Assembly (NCBI GenBank): GCA_963976765.1
Contig: CAXBME010000010.1
Location: 186,001-236,057 of the forward strand
Direction of reading: 5' to 3'
DNA: 50,057 nt
Source: an uncultured Planctomycetaceae bacterium
Lineage (GTDB): Bacteria; Planctomycetota; Planctomycetia; Planctomycetales; Planctomycetaceae
A program made the translations under genes and the position numbers. The notes under the pieces are model-generated. The model was given only the letters and a program-made list of their open reading frames with translations. It searched no databases and had not been told where the DNA came from. How positions within the stretch are numbered: position 1 is the first letter of the stretch; each line of letters starts with the position of its first letter. Positions 1 through 9,754 of this stretch are shown one piece after another.

Positions 1-1
1 G

Positions 2-310
2 AACAAGGCCAGCAGCGTCCGCACCGTCAAAGAGGTCACCGTGCGGCGGCAGAACTTCTGTCCGTTGTGGCTGGGCGACGCCGATCAGCAGCCGTCCGAT
101 AACAACTCAGGCGATTTCGTCTGGCTGGAAATCGTCGCGGACGGATTTCTCTACAACATGGTCCGGGCGATTGTCGGCACGCTGGTTCCCGTCGGTCGAG
201 GCCGCTGGAACGGCGACGACATTCGCCGGATTCTGACCGCAATGACTCGGTCCGAAGCGGGCGACACGGCACCACCGAACGGGCTGTACCTGGTCCATGT
301 GGACTACTGA
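2..310 (+). CDS. truA: tRNA pseudouridine(38-40) synthase TruA, C-terminal part (5' end outside window)
   Basis: Open frame from the window edge with TruA C-terminal motifs 'ADGFLYNMVRAIVGTL' and 'TAPPNGLYLVHVDY'. Confidence 0.92.
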   Translation, partial: NKASSVRTVKEVTVRRQNFCPLWLGDADQQPSDNNSGDFVWLEIVADGFLYNMVRAIVGTLVPVGRGRWNGDDIRRILTAMTRSEAGDTAPPNGLYLVHVDY

Positions 311-845
311 AACCAGCCCTGAAGATCAGAAAAAAGCAGCGGTCTGGGCACAGATTGTCACGGATGATCGAGATGCTTCGTGGAGCCATCCGTGTTTATC
401 CATGAAATCCGTGGCTGTCTATTCTGAGTATGAAAAAGATCAGACGGACCACGAAAAACACGGAAGAATGATGCTTTTTCTGTGCCCTTCCATGTGTTCG
501 GTGGTTATTCGTTTTCCGAATTCTGGTTACTCCCGCCGACCGAAATTCGGCAATTCTCGAATAAATCCAAGTTTGATGACCATTTCCGCGAACCAGCCGT
601 CGATTGTTCTGGTCAGAGCAGCCAGGAGACGGTACAGACTGTATCATCAGCAGCCTGTAATAAACGCTCCGCTTACGCCGCACGGTGCGGCGATCAAACT
701 TCGCCGTCGATGGACACTGACACGCTCGACCTGACCACAGTTCGATCGTTGATTCCAGTCGACGGCAACCGGCTCTGAGCAAAATTCAGAAAGGTTTACA
801 GAGCCAACATCCTTTGTCCGCGGGAAGACCCGCAAAGGTGCTCCG

Positions 846-1166
846 ATGTTTAACGCACAGATCAACACGATTCAGCCGACCCAAATCAATGCCACGACAA
901 CTGGTATTCTGGTCAATGGCGTACGTGTCGAGCGCGTAGAACGTCGTTTGAAGCGCCAGGACTGCGCCTCGAAACGCTCGTCCGATGCCTCGCTAATGGC
1001 GTCAATGAGCGGTTCATGTGGCTGTCCGAGTATGTCCCATCTATCGGAACATTATTCGGAACTCTGGCAAGGAGCCTACCCGGCCCCCGCGGCCAGATCA
1101 GCCGCAGCCAGCGTGCCCGCCCCGATATGGGGACGGCTTGTCGTGTTGAAAGCTCTTTCGAGCTGA
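846..1166 (+). CDS. Hypothetical 106-aa protein upstream of ECF sigma factor (possible leader ORF)
   Basis: ATG preceded by AAAGGT; co-oriented with the ECF gene; no recognisable domain. Confidence 0.45.
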   Translation: MFNAQINTIQPTQINATTTGILVNGVRVERVERRLKRQDCASKRSSDASLMASMSGSCGCPSMSHLSEHYSELWQGAYPAPAARSAAASVPAPIWGRLVVLKALSS

Positions 1167-1248
1167 AGCAGTTGACCCAAACCTGCGAGTCACCTTTCGA
1201 GGCGTTTCGCAGAAATCAGGTCAAGGCAGGCTGAGGGGGCCCGATGGC

Positions 1249-1649
1249 TCAGTTCAGGCAGTTCGCTCACGCAACTGCTGAAGACTGAAACTTTCGAGCA
1301 TCCTCACTTTCGGTCGTGCTGGTTCGAGCTCCATCTGAAATTTTCAGATCGGAACTTCGATCTCAGTCGGCTCTGCCCGTTTCATTGCCCGTCGAAGCTG
1401 CAGGCGTTTCTGCATGCATTCGCTTTTGCCACGCAACTGGCATTCGCAACTTCGACAGACAGTTGAAGCAGGCTCGAAAGAAGCCCGCCACGCGACGATC
1501 GGCCGAGGTCACCAGCTCGTCTGCCAGTTGGGAATTCACGTTTCCAGGCAGCGACCTGAGCATCAAAGGCCAGCTCACGATGATTCAACTTCAGGCAAAC
1601 GATCCTTCAACACGCCTGACTTCTTCACAACCAAATGCCGCGGCGCATT
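1249..1649 (+). other. Candidate structured RNA leader (array of hairpins) upstream of ECF gene
   Basis: Several inverted repeats read by eye, e.g. gcagtt/aactgc, gtcgaag(1391)/cttcgac(1450), ctgcc/ggcag, tgagc/gctca, tcaggc/gcctga, aatgc/gcatt. Confidence 0.3.
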
Positions 1650-1682
1650 GCGTCGAGGTTCAAATAAACAAGGTAGATCAAG

Positions 1683-2234
1683 ATGGAAGACACTCGAATG
1701 ATCGAGTTGGTTCGACTGGCTCAGGACCAGGACCGAGAGGCTTTCGGCCTGCTGGTTGAAGCGTTTGAGCCAACTGTTTACAGCATTGTTCTGCGACGAC
1801 TGCGGGACAACTCCGAGGCTCTCGAGTTGACTCAGGAAATCTTCATCCGAGCGATGCGGAAGATTGGTCAGCTACGCGAGCCGGAACGGTTCGCTGGCTG
1901 GCTTCGGCAGATCGCCGTTCGAATGGCGATCAACCGGATCGTACGACGCCCGAAAGAAGCACTGGTCGAGTCAGGGACGTTTGACAGCTTTCGAGCGGAC
2001 ACGGTTTCCCCAGTGGACAAAGTGTTGAAGACCGAACAGGCTCAGCAGGTCTGGTCGGGACTGACGCGGCTGAAGGAGCTGGATCGTGACACGCTGGTCG
2101 CGTTCTACATCAACGGCCAGTCTCTACAGGAAATGAGTGACTCGTTCAGCAGCCCGATTGGAACGATCAAACGGCGACTGCACACCGCTCGAAACCGACT
2201 GAGAGAGGCCATGGGCGACTTTCAGCCCGTTTGA
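1683..2234 (+). CDS. ECF-type RNA polymerase sigma-70 factor
   Basis: Region 2 'DREAFGLLV...EALELTQEIF...FAGWLRQIA' and region 4 'SLQEMSDSFSSPIGTIKRRLHTARNRL'; 183 aa. Confidence 0.95.
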   Translation: MEDTRMIELVRLAQDQDREAFGLLVEAFEPTVYSIVLRRLRDNSEALELTQEIFIRAMRKIGQLREPERFAGWLRQIAVRMAINRIVRRPKEALVESGTFDSFRADTVSPVDKVLKTEQAQQVWSGLTRLKELDRDTLVAFYINGQSLQEMSDSFSSPIGTIKRRLHTARNRLREAMGDFQPV

Positions 2235-2357
2235 CGACCCCGCGCCCGAGGAATTCTGAACAACAGAATTCAGACGAAGACTGAAAACTGCTGATAGCAG
2301 CAGCCTCAGCCAGCAATCACCCCGGCCGCGGAGTCACTTAATGCGACCCTCAAAAAC

Positions 2358-2399
2358 AAAGCCTCATCCATAGCGAAATGGATGAGGCTTTTCTTATTT
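2358..2399 (+). terminator. Intrinsic terminator, probably bidirectional
   Basis: Perfect 14-bp stem aaagcctcatccat/atggatgaggcttt with 6-nt loop and T-rich tail, between convergent genes. Confidence 0.8.
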
Positions 2400-2461
2400 C
2401 TTAATCGCCGTCCGCAGCTCCGCAAAAGCCGACGGCTCAACAATCCTGGTCAATCAACTGC

Positions 2462-2908
2462 TTAGAGCGACGACCCGCTGCAAACGCCATCGCGCAGGTC
2501 AGAGAACTGTTGCAGTTGCTGAAGCTGAGCGGCGTCGAGACGCTGAATTACTCGCCCGGTCAGTTCCTGGTCAACAGCCTGCATCTGCTGAAACTGAATG
2601 TCGAGCTGAGCCTGCGAAACAGCTGCAGACTGCTGGGTGTAGCCTGAGCCCATCGTTCCTGACATACCAACAGCGGATCCCCCGCTACCGCTACGTCCAC
2701 CGAACGATGTCTGGAACCCAGGGGCTGAGAAACTCTGGTCAAAGCCGCGAAACGCCTTGCCCATCTCACCAAGCTCGCTGTTGACAGCGGTCGCCATGGT
2801 ACCGACGCCAGCCGTCATCGCCAGGACGCCCATCGTCCCCAGCATGACCGTCTCGGCCGACATCACGACCCCAACTTCATCCGCCCACAATCTCTTCAGA
2901 ATCTTCAT
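2462..2908 (-). CDS. Flp/type IVb pilin-like protein with extended C-terminus
   Basis: N-terminus 'MKILKRLWADEVG|VVMSAETVMLGTMGVLAM' (prepilin-type leader plus hydrophobic helix). GGAG RBS before ATG 2908, so start moved from 3088. Confidence 0.72.
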   Translation of the reverse strand: MKILKRLWADEVGVVMSAETVMLGTMGVLAMTAGVGTMATAVNSELGEMGKAFRGFDQSFSAPGFQTSFGGRSGSGGSAVGMSGTMGSGYTQQSAAVSQAQLDIQFQQMQAVDQELTGRVIQRLDAAQLQQLQQFSDLRDGVCSGSSL

Positions 2909-3303
2909 TGCCTGTCTCCTGGTATCTCTCTCACAAGATGTCTCTCTGCCGCAGCGACGAGCAAACGACAATGTGAATATAGGCAAAATAGAGATTATAG
3001 TCAATATCATAGTCGTGCCGATTGTCCGGGCTATCGGGATTCGACGCCGTCTCGGTCGGCTTCGGCATTTTGTGCCTGGACGCCCCATTCAAGAGGCATC
3101 ATGACTTGCCGATGCGAATTTCAATCGCCATGATCGGAAACGAAACAAACTCTTCCGCCGAAGGCACTTGCGGAAGCGTTTTCCAGCTTTGAAGCTCAAC
3201 TTGGTCCAGCCTCGGTCGTCGGGATGGCACCTCGATACAGTCGCACAAACAGCAACCATCAATACTCGCTTCTCTGAAGCATCAACGTAAAAAGGCAACG
3301 CTC

Positions 3304-4608
3304 ATGCAGTCAAAATCGATGATCGCTCCTCGCCTGTCAGTAATGATGTTCCTGCAGTTCTTTGTCTGGGGCGGGTACTACGTGTCGATGACGGGCTTCT
3401 TTAAAGCCATGAACATGGGCGATGTTGGCGGAGCGGCCTATACCGTTGGCCCGATAGCCGCGATCATCGCTCCATTCTTTCTTGGCATGATCGCAGACAG
3501 ATTCTTTGCGACGGAGCGCGTCCTGGGCGTACTTCACATCATTGGAGGATTGGCGCTTGTTGCTGCTCCGTCGGCGGCCCAGGCATTCAGTCTCCCGCAA
3601 CCTCCTGCAGATGCATCGCTTTTTTACACGCTGATTCAGCACGATCTGCCAGCGTTTAAAGAGCCGCTCATCCTGCTCCTTTTGCTTCATATGCTGTGTT
3701 TCATGCCGACTTTGGGCCTGACGACGAGTTTGTCCTTTCAGAATCTCGACAACCAGGAAAAACAGTTTCCGATCATCCGAGTCGCGGGCACGATTGGTTG
3801 GATCGTCGGCAATATTGCAGTCAGTTTTCTGGACGGAAAAGACGCTTCAGCCGGACAGTTTTACATGTCAGGAGGGGCCGGCGTTCTACTCGGACTGTAC
3901 TGCTTCACCCTGCCACACACGCCGCCACAGTCGAAAGGGACAAAACCATCGATCGGCCAGATTCTTGGCATCGACTCACTGCGACTCTTCAAAAGCCCAT
4001 CCTATTCGGTCTTCATGCTCTGCTCGTTCCTGCTTTGCATCCCGCTGGCCGGTTACTACGCATCTGCCAGAAACTTCGTTGAGGCATCGAACGCAATTGT
4101 CAATGGCAGTGCCACATTCACGATGAGTTTCGGGCAGATGTCTGAAATCTTCTTCATGGTCACAATGCCCCTGTTTTTCGCCCGCCTGGGAGTCAAGTGG
4201 ATGTTGATCGCTGGGATGGGAGCGTGGGTACTTCGGTATGGCCTGTTTGCATTCGGGGCCGATGATCAGGTTATGTGGATGATTCTTCTGGGCGTCGTCC
4301 TGCACGGAATCTGCTACGACTTCTTCTTCGTGACTGGCATGATCTATGTTGACAAGAAGGCCAACAGCAAGATCAGGAATCAAGCTCAAGGCTTCCTCGT
4401 TCTCGTCACCCAAGGCCTTGGGCTCGGGCTTGGTGCCAAACTGTTCTTTGCCCACGTTACGCAGAACACGGTTGACGGAGTGGTCAACTGGAAAGCTGTC
4501 TGGCAGACGCCCGCGTTGTTCGCCCTAGCAATCCTCGTAATCTTTTTCCTTTGCTTCTGGGATAAGCCAGAGGCGAAAGCTGCTGATGCAGCACCGTCAG
4601 CAGAGTAG
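3304..4608 (+). CDS. Nucleoside:H+ symporter (NupG/XapB-like MFS transporter)
   Basis: 'RLSVMMFLQFFVWG', 'GMIADRFF', 'FPIIRVAGTIGW', 'GQMSEIFFM', 'LHGICYDFFFVTG'; about 12 TM helices. Confidence 0.92.
   Translation: MQSKSMIAPRLSVMMFLQFFVWGGYYVSMTGFFKAMNMGDVGGAAYTVGPIAAIIAPFFLGMIADRFFATERVLGVLHIIGGLALVAAPSAAQAFSLPQPPADASLFYTLIQHDLPAFKEPLILLLLLHMLCFMPTLGLTTSLSFQNLDNQEKQFPIIRVAGTIGWIVGNIAVSFLDGKDASAGQFYMSGGAGVLLGLYCFTLPHTPPQSKGTKPSIGQILGIDSLRLFKSPSYSVFMLCSFLLCIPLAGYYASARNFVEASNAIVNGSATFTMSFGQMSEIFFMVTMPLFFARLGVKWMLIAGMGAWVLRYGLFAFGADDQVMWMILLGVVLHGICYDFFFVTGMIYVDKKANSKIRNQAQGFLVLVTQGLGLGLGAKLFFAHVTQNTVDGVVNWKAVWQTPALFALAILVIFFLCFWDKPEAKAADAAPSAE
4303..4338 (+). repeat. Direct repeat copy 1 (HGICYDFFFVTG codons)
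   Basis: 34/36 nt identical to 4650-4685, with a 26-nt perfect core. Confidence 0.9.
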
Positions 4609-4619
4609 TCCGGAAACGT

Positions 4620-5099
<480 letters not shown>

Positions 5100-5423
5100 C
5101 CTCAATTCTTGAGCCGTCTGGTTCGTGTCAGAAGTGCTGCCAGACTGCAAGTGCAGTTTTGCGTCGCCTGATTCCCAGATTTGAGTGCTTCTCTCAGCGA
5201 AAATAACGACCTACGATTGAACTTCGCTGATTCCCGTTGTCGACACCCCAAAACGGCGCCGAACTGACACAGCGCCGAAGGTGTTTTCGAATAATTTTGA
5301 CATCGCAAGTCATTTGTTTTAAGTGCTTTGTTGCATCGGCGCTTTTCGTCGGCGCCCTTTTGGCTCAGTTTGTGCTTTAGAGTCCCGGTCACCTCACCGT
5401 TTCCTTTCCGGGATGCACTGCTG

Positions 5424-6083
5424 ATGAGCGATGAACTGTTACTTCTGGGTGATTCTGTCACCGTCGGCGCTGGCTTCAGCGGAGTCGATGACGACAGCTG
5501 TTACGTGTCGCTCCTTCGGTCTCAACTGAAGGATGCCGGGGCGCATTTGAACATTCGAGCCAGCGCGCTCGACGGAGCTGACACTGGCTACGCCCTGCGC
5601 AGATTTGACCGAATGGTCGCTCGGCTATCTCCCGATGTCATCGTGATTTCACTGGGACTGAACGACGCGCGACCACCGGGAAGCCGGCTTCGCAATTCAC
5701 CAGATCGGTACGCGGAGAACCTGCAACAACTGACGGAGAAGGCTCTGGCGATTGACGTTCGACCGATTCTTTGCACGCCGCCGCCGCGTCTGGATGTCTG
5801 TGAAAACGGGCAACCAGCCTGGAAGACGATGCACCCCTACGCCGAAGCAGCCCGTGGCGTCGCCGAAAAGTACAACCTGCCACTCATCGAGCTGTACGAC
5901 GAATTTGTCTCGCGGGAAGACCTGGAGTCGCTGCTGCCGGATCGCCTGCATCCTGGCCGGGCCGGCCACCAGATTATTGCTCGACAGTTTGCTCGAACGC
6001 TGGTTCCGTTCTGCACGGGTCGGGAACTTGAATCGCAACCGACTCGACGAGGCCCGAACTTCGAGTTCGTCACGGCCGACTAA
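5424..6083 (+). CDS. SGNH/GDSL-family hydrolase
   Basis: Blocks 'LLGDSVT', 'LGLND', 'DRLHP'; start set at ATG 5424. Confidence 0.9.
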   Translation: MSDELLLLGDSVTVGAGFSGVDDDSCYVSLLRSQLKDAGAHLNIRASALDGADTGYALRRFDRMVARLSPDVIVISLGLNDARPPGSRLRNSPDRYAENLQQLTEKALAIDVRPILCTPPPRLDVCENGQPAWKTMHPYAEAARGVAEKYNLPLIELYDEFVSREDLESLLPDRLHPGRAGHQIIARQFARTLVPFCTGRELESQPTRRGPNFEFVTAD

Positions 6084-9000
6084 CTCTCAGGGTTCGCAAG
6101 CTTTGTCAGCCGTTTCAACAGCTTCGGCATGAGTCCGTAAGAAGCGGCCAGCAGCTTGATTGGGTGGACGGTTTCGATCGGCGAGTCCTGCTGCATCTGA
6201 AGTCGACAACTGCTGCACTCGGTCGCGCCGAGGATGAAGTCGGGCGTTCGCATTTCGTTGATCAGCGGCTGGCCGATTTCGAGGGAGAGTTCAAAATTGT
6301 CTCGTGTCAGCCCGAACGTTCCCGCCATGCCGGAGCACCCCTTGTCGAGCGTCAGGATGTCGAGTTTCGGAATCTGTTCGAGCAGTTTGCAGAGGGTATG
6401 GCCGTTGTTGAGCGCTCGCAGGTGGCAGGGTTCGTGGTAGCCGATCCTCAGCGGAAGTGGAGCAAAATCAGTCTTGAGCCGATTGTTCTGAAAAAGTTGC
6501 TGCAGGAACGCGCCGGCCTCGATGGCGAGTCCGGAAATCAGCCGAGTGTCAGGATGCTCGACCAGCATCGGATAGTCTTCCTTCAGACAGAGCGCCGCCG
6601 CAGGTTCCGTGCAGACGATGGGGAGCCCTTCCCTCGCCATTGATGCCAGCTCGCGAATGTTCGCTTCGGCGATTCGTCGAGCGGCATTCAGATCCCCGGT
6701 CGAAACCATCGCCATACCGGAACCGACCTGACCCGCCGGAACATGGACGCGAATTCCGTGATGGTGCATGACGGCGATGAACGCTTCGGCCAGCTCGGGG
6801 TCGTGAAAATTGGCAAAGTGATCGACGAAGTAAACGATAGCTTCCTGTCGCGGAGTTGGTGCCGAGTCGGTGACTTCTGTCGGCAGCGTTGAGAGGAAGG
6901 GGCGATGTGCGAACTCCGGCAGTTTGCGTTCGCGATGAATCTTGAACAGTTTTTCGATCAACCATCGAGTGGTTCGATTATGGAGAGCTTGATTCGTCAG
7001 CCACGAAGTCTTGCAGCCAAGAGCTCCGAAGAAGTGCGCTCGCGACAGGAGCCAGGTCGCACGGTCCGTACCGGATGCTTCAGCAGCCTGAGCCTTAGCT
7101 TCGATCATCAGATGAGGAATGCGCACGTTGGTCGGACATTCAATTTCGCACTGCCGACAGTTGAAGCAGAGCGATGCCAGTTTCTGAAATTCGACTGACG
7201 AACGAGTTGCCGGGTCAGTTGCGCCGCTGACCAGACTTCGCATCACGTTGGCTTTGGAGCGAGGGCTGGATTCTTCCGAGGGATCGTTTCGGAAGAACGG
7301 GCACATGCGCAGTTCTTCCTGCTGGGTTTTGCAGACTCCGCATCCGTTGCACGTTTCGGCAACGACAGAAAGTTCTTCGGGTGACCAGTTCAACTGAAGC
7401 TGGACCAGCCCGTTCGCGGGAATAAATCCATTCTTGTCGACCAGTTCCGGGCGAAATCTGGACGTCGGCAAAGTCTCGTCTTCGGTCACGATCTTGCCAG
7501 GATTCATCAGGTTGTGCGGATCAAAAATGTCTTTGACCTGACGAAACACTGAATACAACGGTCCGTACTGATCCTTCACATACGCCGATCGAGACAGCCC
7601 GTCGCCGTGTTCGCCGCTGATCGTTCCTCCGAGTGAAATTGCGACTTCGTTGAAGTCTCGAATCAACGCATCCAGTCGCGGACCGTCCTTCTGCTGAGGA
7701 AAGCTCATGAAGGGTCGCATGTGAATCTGGCCTGACGCGGCGTGCGAATACAAAGACGCCGTGACATCATGCTTGCGGAGAACCTGCTGGCTGCGAACGA
7801 AGAATTCCTGAAGTGCTTCAGGCGGCACAGAAACGTCTTCAATGAAAGGTAGCGGGCGGGTTCCGCCCCGCATGCGAGCCAGCAGGCTGACGACTCGGTG
7901 CGGCAGTTCCCAGAGAAACTCGACGCCATCAAAGTCCCAGGCTTCAATGGCGATTTCAACGTTCGGATGTTTCGCCAGAACTGCCGAGATGACCATGTTG
8001 ATCCGGTCGCGAGCCTGCAGTTCGCTATAGCCGGTCTGTTCGATCAGCAATCCGGCTTCCGCTGTCGGCGGGATGAAATTCGCGAATCGTGAATCGTTCT
8101 CTCGACCGAGCATCAGCAGGCGACGGTCCAGCAGGTCGCACGCGCTGGGCTGTTGCGACGTGACGGTGAGTACGGAATCGATCGCGTCTTCCATCTTGCC
8201 GAAGAGAAGCAGCACGACACTGCGGAATTCCGGAAGCGGCGACGTGTGCAGCGTGATCTCGGTCATCAGGCCAAGGGTGCCTTCCGAACCGGCGACGAGT
8301 TGCGGTATGTTCAGGATGCCGTTGCTGTGGACGCCGCGCAGGTTGTATCCGCAGGTGTTTCTAAGCAGCGGCGGCTGATATTTACGGATGAGTTCCTGGT
8401 TATCTTCGAGAAGTTTGGAGAGGCGACTGACGAGCTCACGTTTCGCCGATGCGGCGGCCAGTGAACGGTCCTCTTTGCCGTTGTTTGGAGCGAGATTGCT
8501 GGCCGCAGCTCGTTGATCTGAAGATACCTCACGCTGGAAATCGAGCGACTCTTTCCCGAAGTACAGCAGGTGGCCACCAGCAACGGCCATTTCAAGGCTG
8601 ATCACATGGTCGCGCGTTGAGCCGACTCGGACGGCTCGCGAACCGGCTGAATCGACTGACACCATGCCGCCGATTGTGGTGACTTCAGCCGTCGATGGAT
8701 CCGGCGGAAAGTAGCGGCCCCGCTTTCGGAGTTCACGATTTAAACGCGACAGGACGATGCCGGGCTGAACGGTGACGGACGATTCGCCTTCCAGAACAAT
8801 CTCATTCATGAATCGTGAGAAGTCGACAATTAACCCTGCGCCAAGCGCTGCTCCTGTTACGTTGGTGCCGGCTCCGCGAGCAATAAGTGGCAGATCCGTT
8901 TCGCTGGCATACCGAGTCAGCGTGGCAACATCAGAAGCGTCTCGCGGACAAGCAACGCCCAGCGGCCTGACTTCAAACAGGCTGGCATCCGACGCGTACA

Positions 9001-9091
9001 TGGCGACGGCCACGTCGTCACAGCGCAGGTCGCCGCTGAAGTCCCCCGAGAGGTCTTCAATGATTCGCTGTTGTTGCTGCTGTTCGTCCAA
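6080..9091 (-). CDS. FAD-linked oxidase plus 4Fe-4S/CCG-domain oxidoreductase (GlcD/GlpC, YdiJ-like)
   Basis: 'ARGAGT', 'SGEHGDG', 'KDIFDPHNLMNPGKI', ferredoxin-type CNGCGVC and CFNCRQCEIECP, C-terminal 'YHEPCH' and 'GCSGMAG'. Confidence 0.9.
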   Translation of the reverse strand: MDEQQQQQRIIEDLSGDFSGDLRCDDVAVAMYASDASLFEVRPLGVACPRDASDVATLTRYASETDLPLIARGAGTNVTGAALGAGLIVDFSRFMNEIVLEGESSVTVQPGIVLSRLNRELRKRGRYFPPDPSTAEVTTIGGMVSVDSAGSRAVRVGSTRDHVISLEMAVAGGHLLYFGKESLDFQREVSSDQRAAASNLAPNNGKEDRSLAAASAKRELVSRLSKLLEDNQELIRKYQPPLLRNTCGYNLRGVHSNGILNIPQLVAGSEGTLGLMTEITLHTSPLPEFRSVVLLLFGKMEDAIDSVLTVTSQQPSACDLLDRRLLMLGRENDSRFANFIPPTAEAGLLIEQTGYSELQARDRINMVISAVLAKHPNVEIAIEAWDFDGVEFLWELPHRVVSLLARMRGGTRPLPFIEDVSVPPEALQEFFVRSQQVLRKHDVTASLYSHAASGQIHMRPFMSFPQQKDGPRLDALIRDFNEVAISLGGTISGEHGDGLSRSAYVKDQYGPLYSVFRQVKDIFDPHNLMNPGKIVTEDETLPTSRFRPELVDKNGFIPANGLVQLQLNWSPEELSVVAETCNGCGVCKTQQEELRMCPFFRNDPSEESSPRSKANVMRSLVSGATDPATRSSVEFQKLASLCFNCRQCEIECPTNVRIPHLMIEAKAQAAEASGTDRATWLLSRAHFFGALGCKTSWLTNQALHNRTTRWLIEKLFKIHRERKLPEFAHRPFLSTLPTEVTDSAPTPRQEAIVYFVDHFANFHDPELAEAFIAVMHHHGIRVHVPAGQVGSGMAMVSTGDLNAARRIAEANIRELASMAREGLPIVCTEPAAALCLKEDYPMLVEHPDTRLISGLAIEAGAFLQQLFQNNRLKTDFAPLPLRIGYHEPCHLRALNNGHTLCKLLEQIPKLDILTLDKGCSGMAGTFGLTRDNFELSLEIGQPLINEMRTPDFILGATECSSCRLQMQQDSPIETVHPIKLLAASYGLMPKLLKRLTKLANPES

Positions 9092-9411
9092 AGCTGAAGT
9101 TCCTGCCAGAGCTGCTCAGGAAACGCGTTGAGGCCAGCATGCGAACTGGTCGCAGATGGGCGATTTGCTGGAATCCCTGTCGACTCTGAAGGCCGACCGA
9201 AGAATGGCGCATCTTGAGCGTCGCTATGGCGTTCCGCAAGCTGCCGGCAACTCGTCAAGCCTCGCGAGCACGCTCAGCGAATCCCCGCCAATCTGAAGCC
9301 GGCTCACCAGAACTGTCACAAGCTGTATCTACAAGCAGCTTCAGGCTTCGTCAGCAGAGACCAGCCTGCGAAAATACAGCCAACTTAGAGCTTGGTAGCG
9401 TAGGAAGGATG

Positions 9412-9708
9412 CTACGCGGCACGTCGCCACATGGCTCCCCCGGCCAGCAGACAGATCACCGATCCGGCGGCCAGCATTCCGCCACCGACCGAGTCCGATG
9501 GCGTAATTCCCTGACGAGGGTGGAGGCCAGGCAATTGATGCAGAGCCTTGAAACCGACTTCTTCCACCTTGTTTAACTGAAGTAGTGGCAGCGAGCGTTC
9601 GTGCGGATAGATCACGATCTTCTCAGTGAGCAGAACCGCTCCGCCGCAGAGCAGGACGGTCAAACCGAAAGAAAACGAGATCGAGTGGAGAAACCGAAGC
9701 ATCCGCAT
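9412..9708 (-). CDS. Small hypothetical membrane protein (2 TM)
   Basis: Two hydrophobic segments; co-oriented between PPIase and oxidoreductase. Confidence 0.6.
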   Translation of the reverse strand: MRMLRFLHSISFSFGLTVLLCGGAVLLTEKIVIYPHERSLPLLQLNKVEEVGFKALHQLPGLHPRQGITPSDSVGGGMLAAGSVICLLAGGAMWRRAA

Positions 9709-9754
9709 GGCTGAATTCCTTCTCGGCCGGGTGGTCGATCGTTAGGTGTGTTGC

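Noticed and set aside
297..782. Overlapping 98-145 aa ORFs between truA and 846
   Set aside because: No RBS or domain signal and mutually overlapping; treated as intergenic.
1235..1310. GGGGGCCCGATGGCTCAGTT start resembling a tRNA or tmRNA 5' end
   Set aside because: No T-loop/acceptor stem/CCA at the right spacing, and no tmRNA or RNase P signature motifs.
1351..1357. GGAACTT, an ECF-like -35 element
   Set aside because: No convincing -10 element at 16-17 nt spacing; it sits in a hairpin loop.
3005..3021. GGCACGAC sigma54 -24-like box upstream of the pilin gene (similar box near 48292-48307)
   Set aside because: Both lack the invariant GC at -12.
9067..9085. Poly-Gln run at the oxidoreductase N-terminus
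   Set aside because: Mixed CAG/CAA codons, five residues; not a slippage tract.
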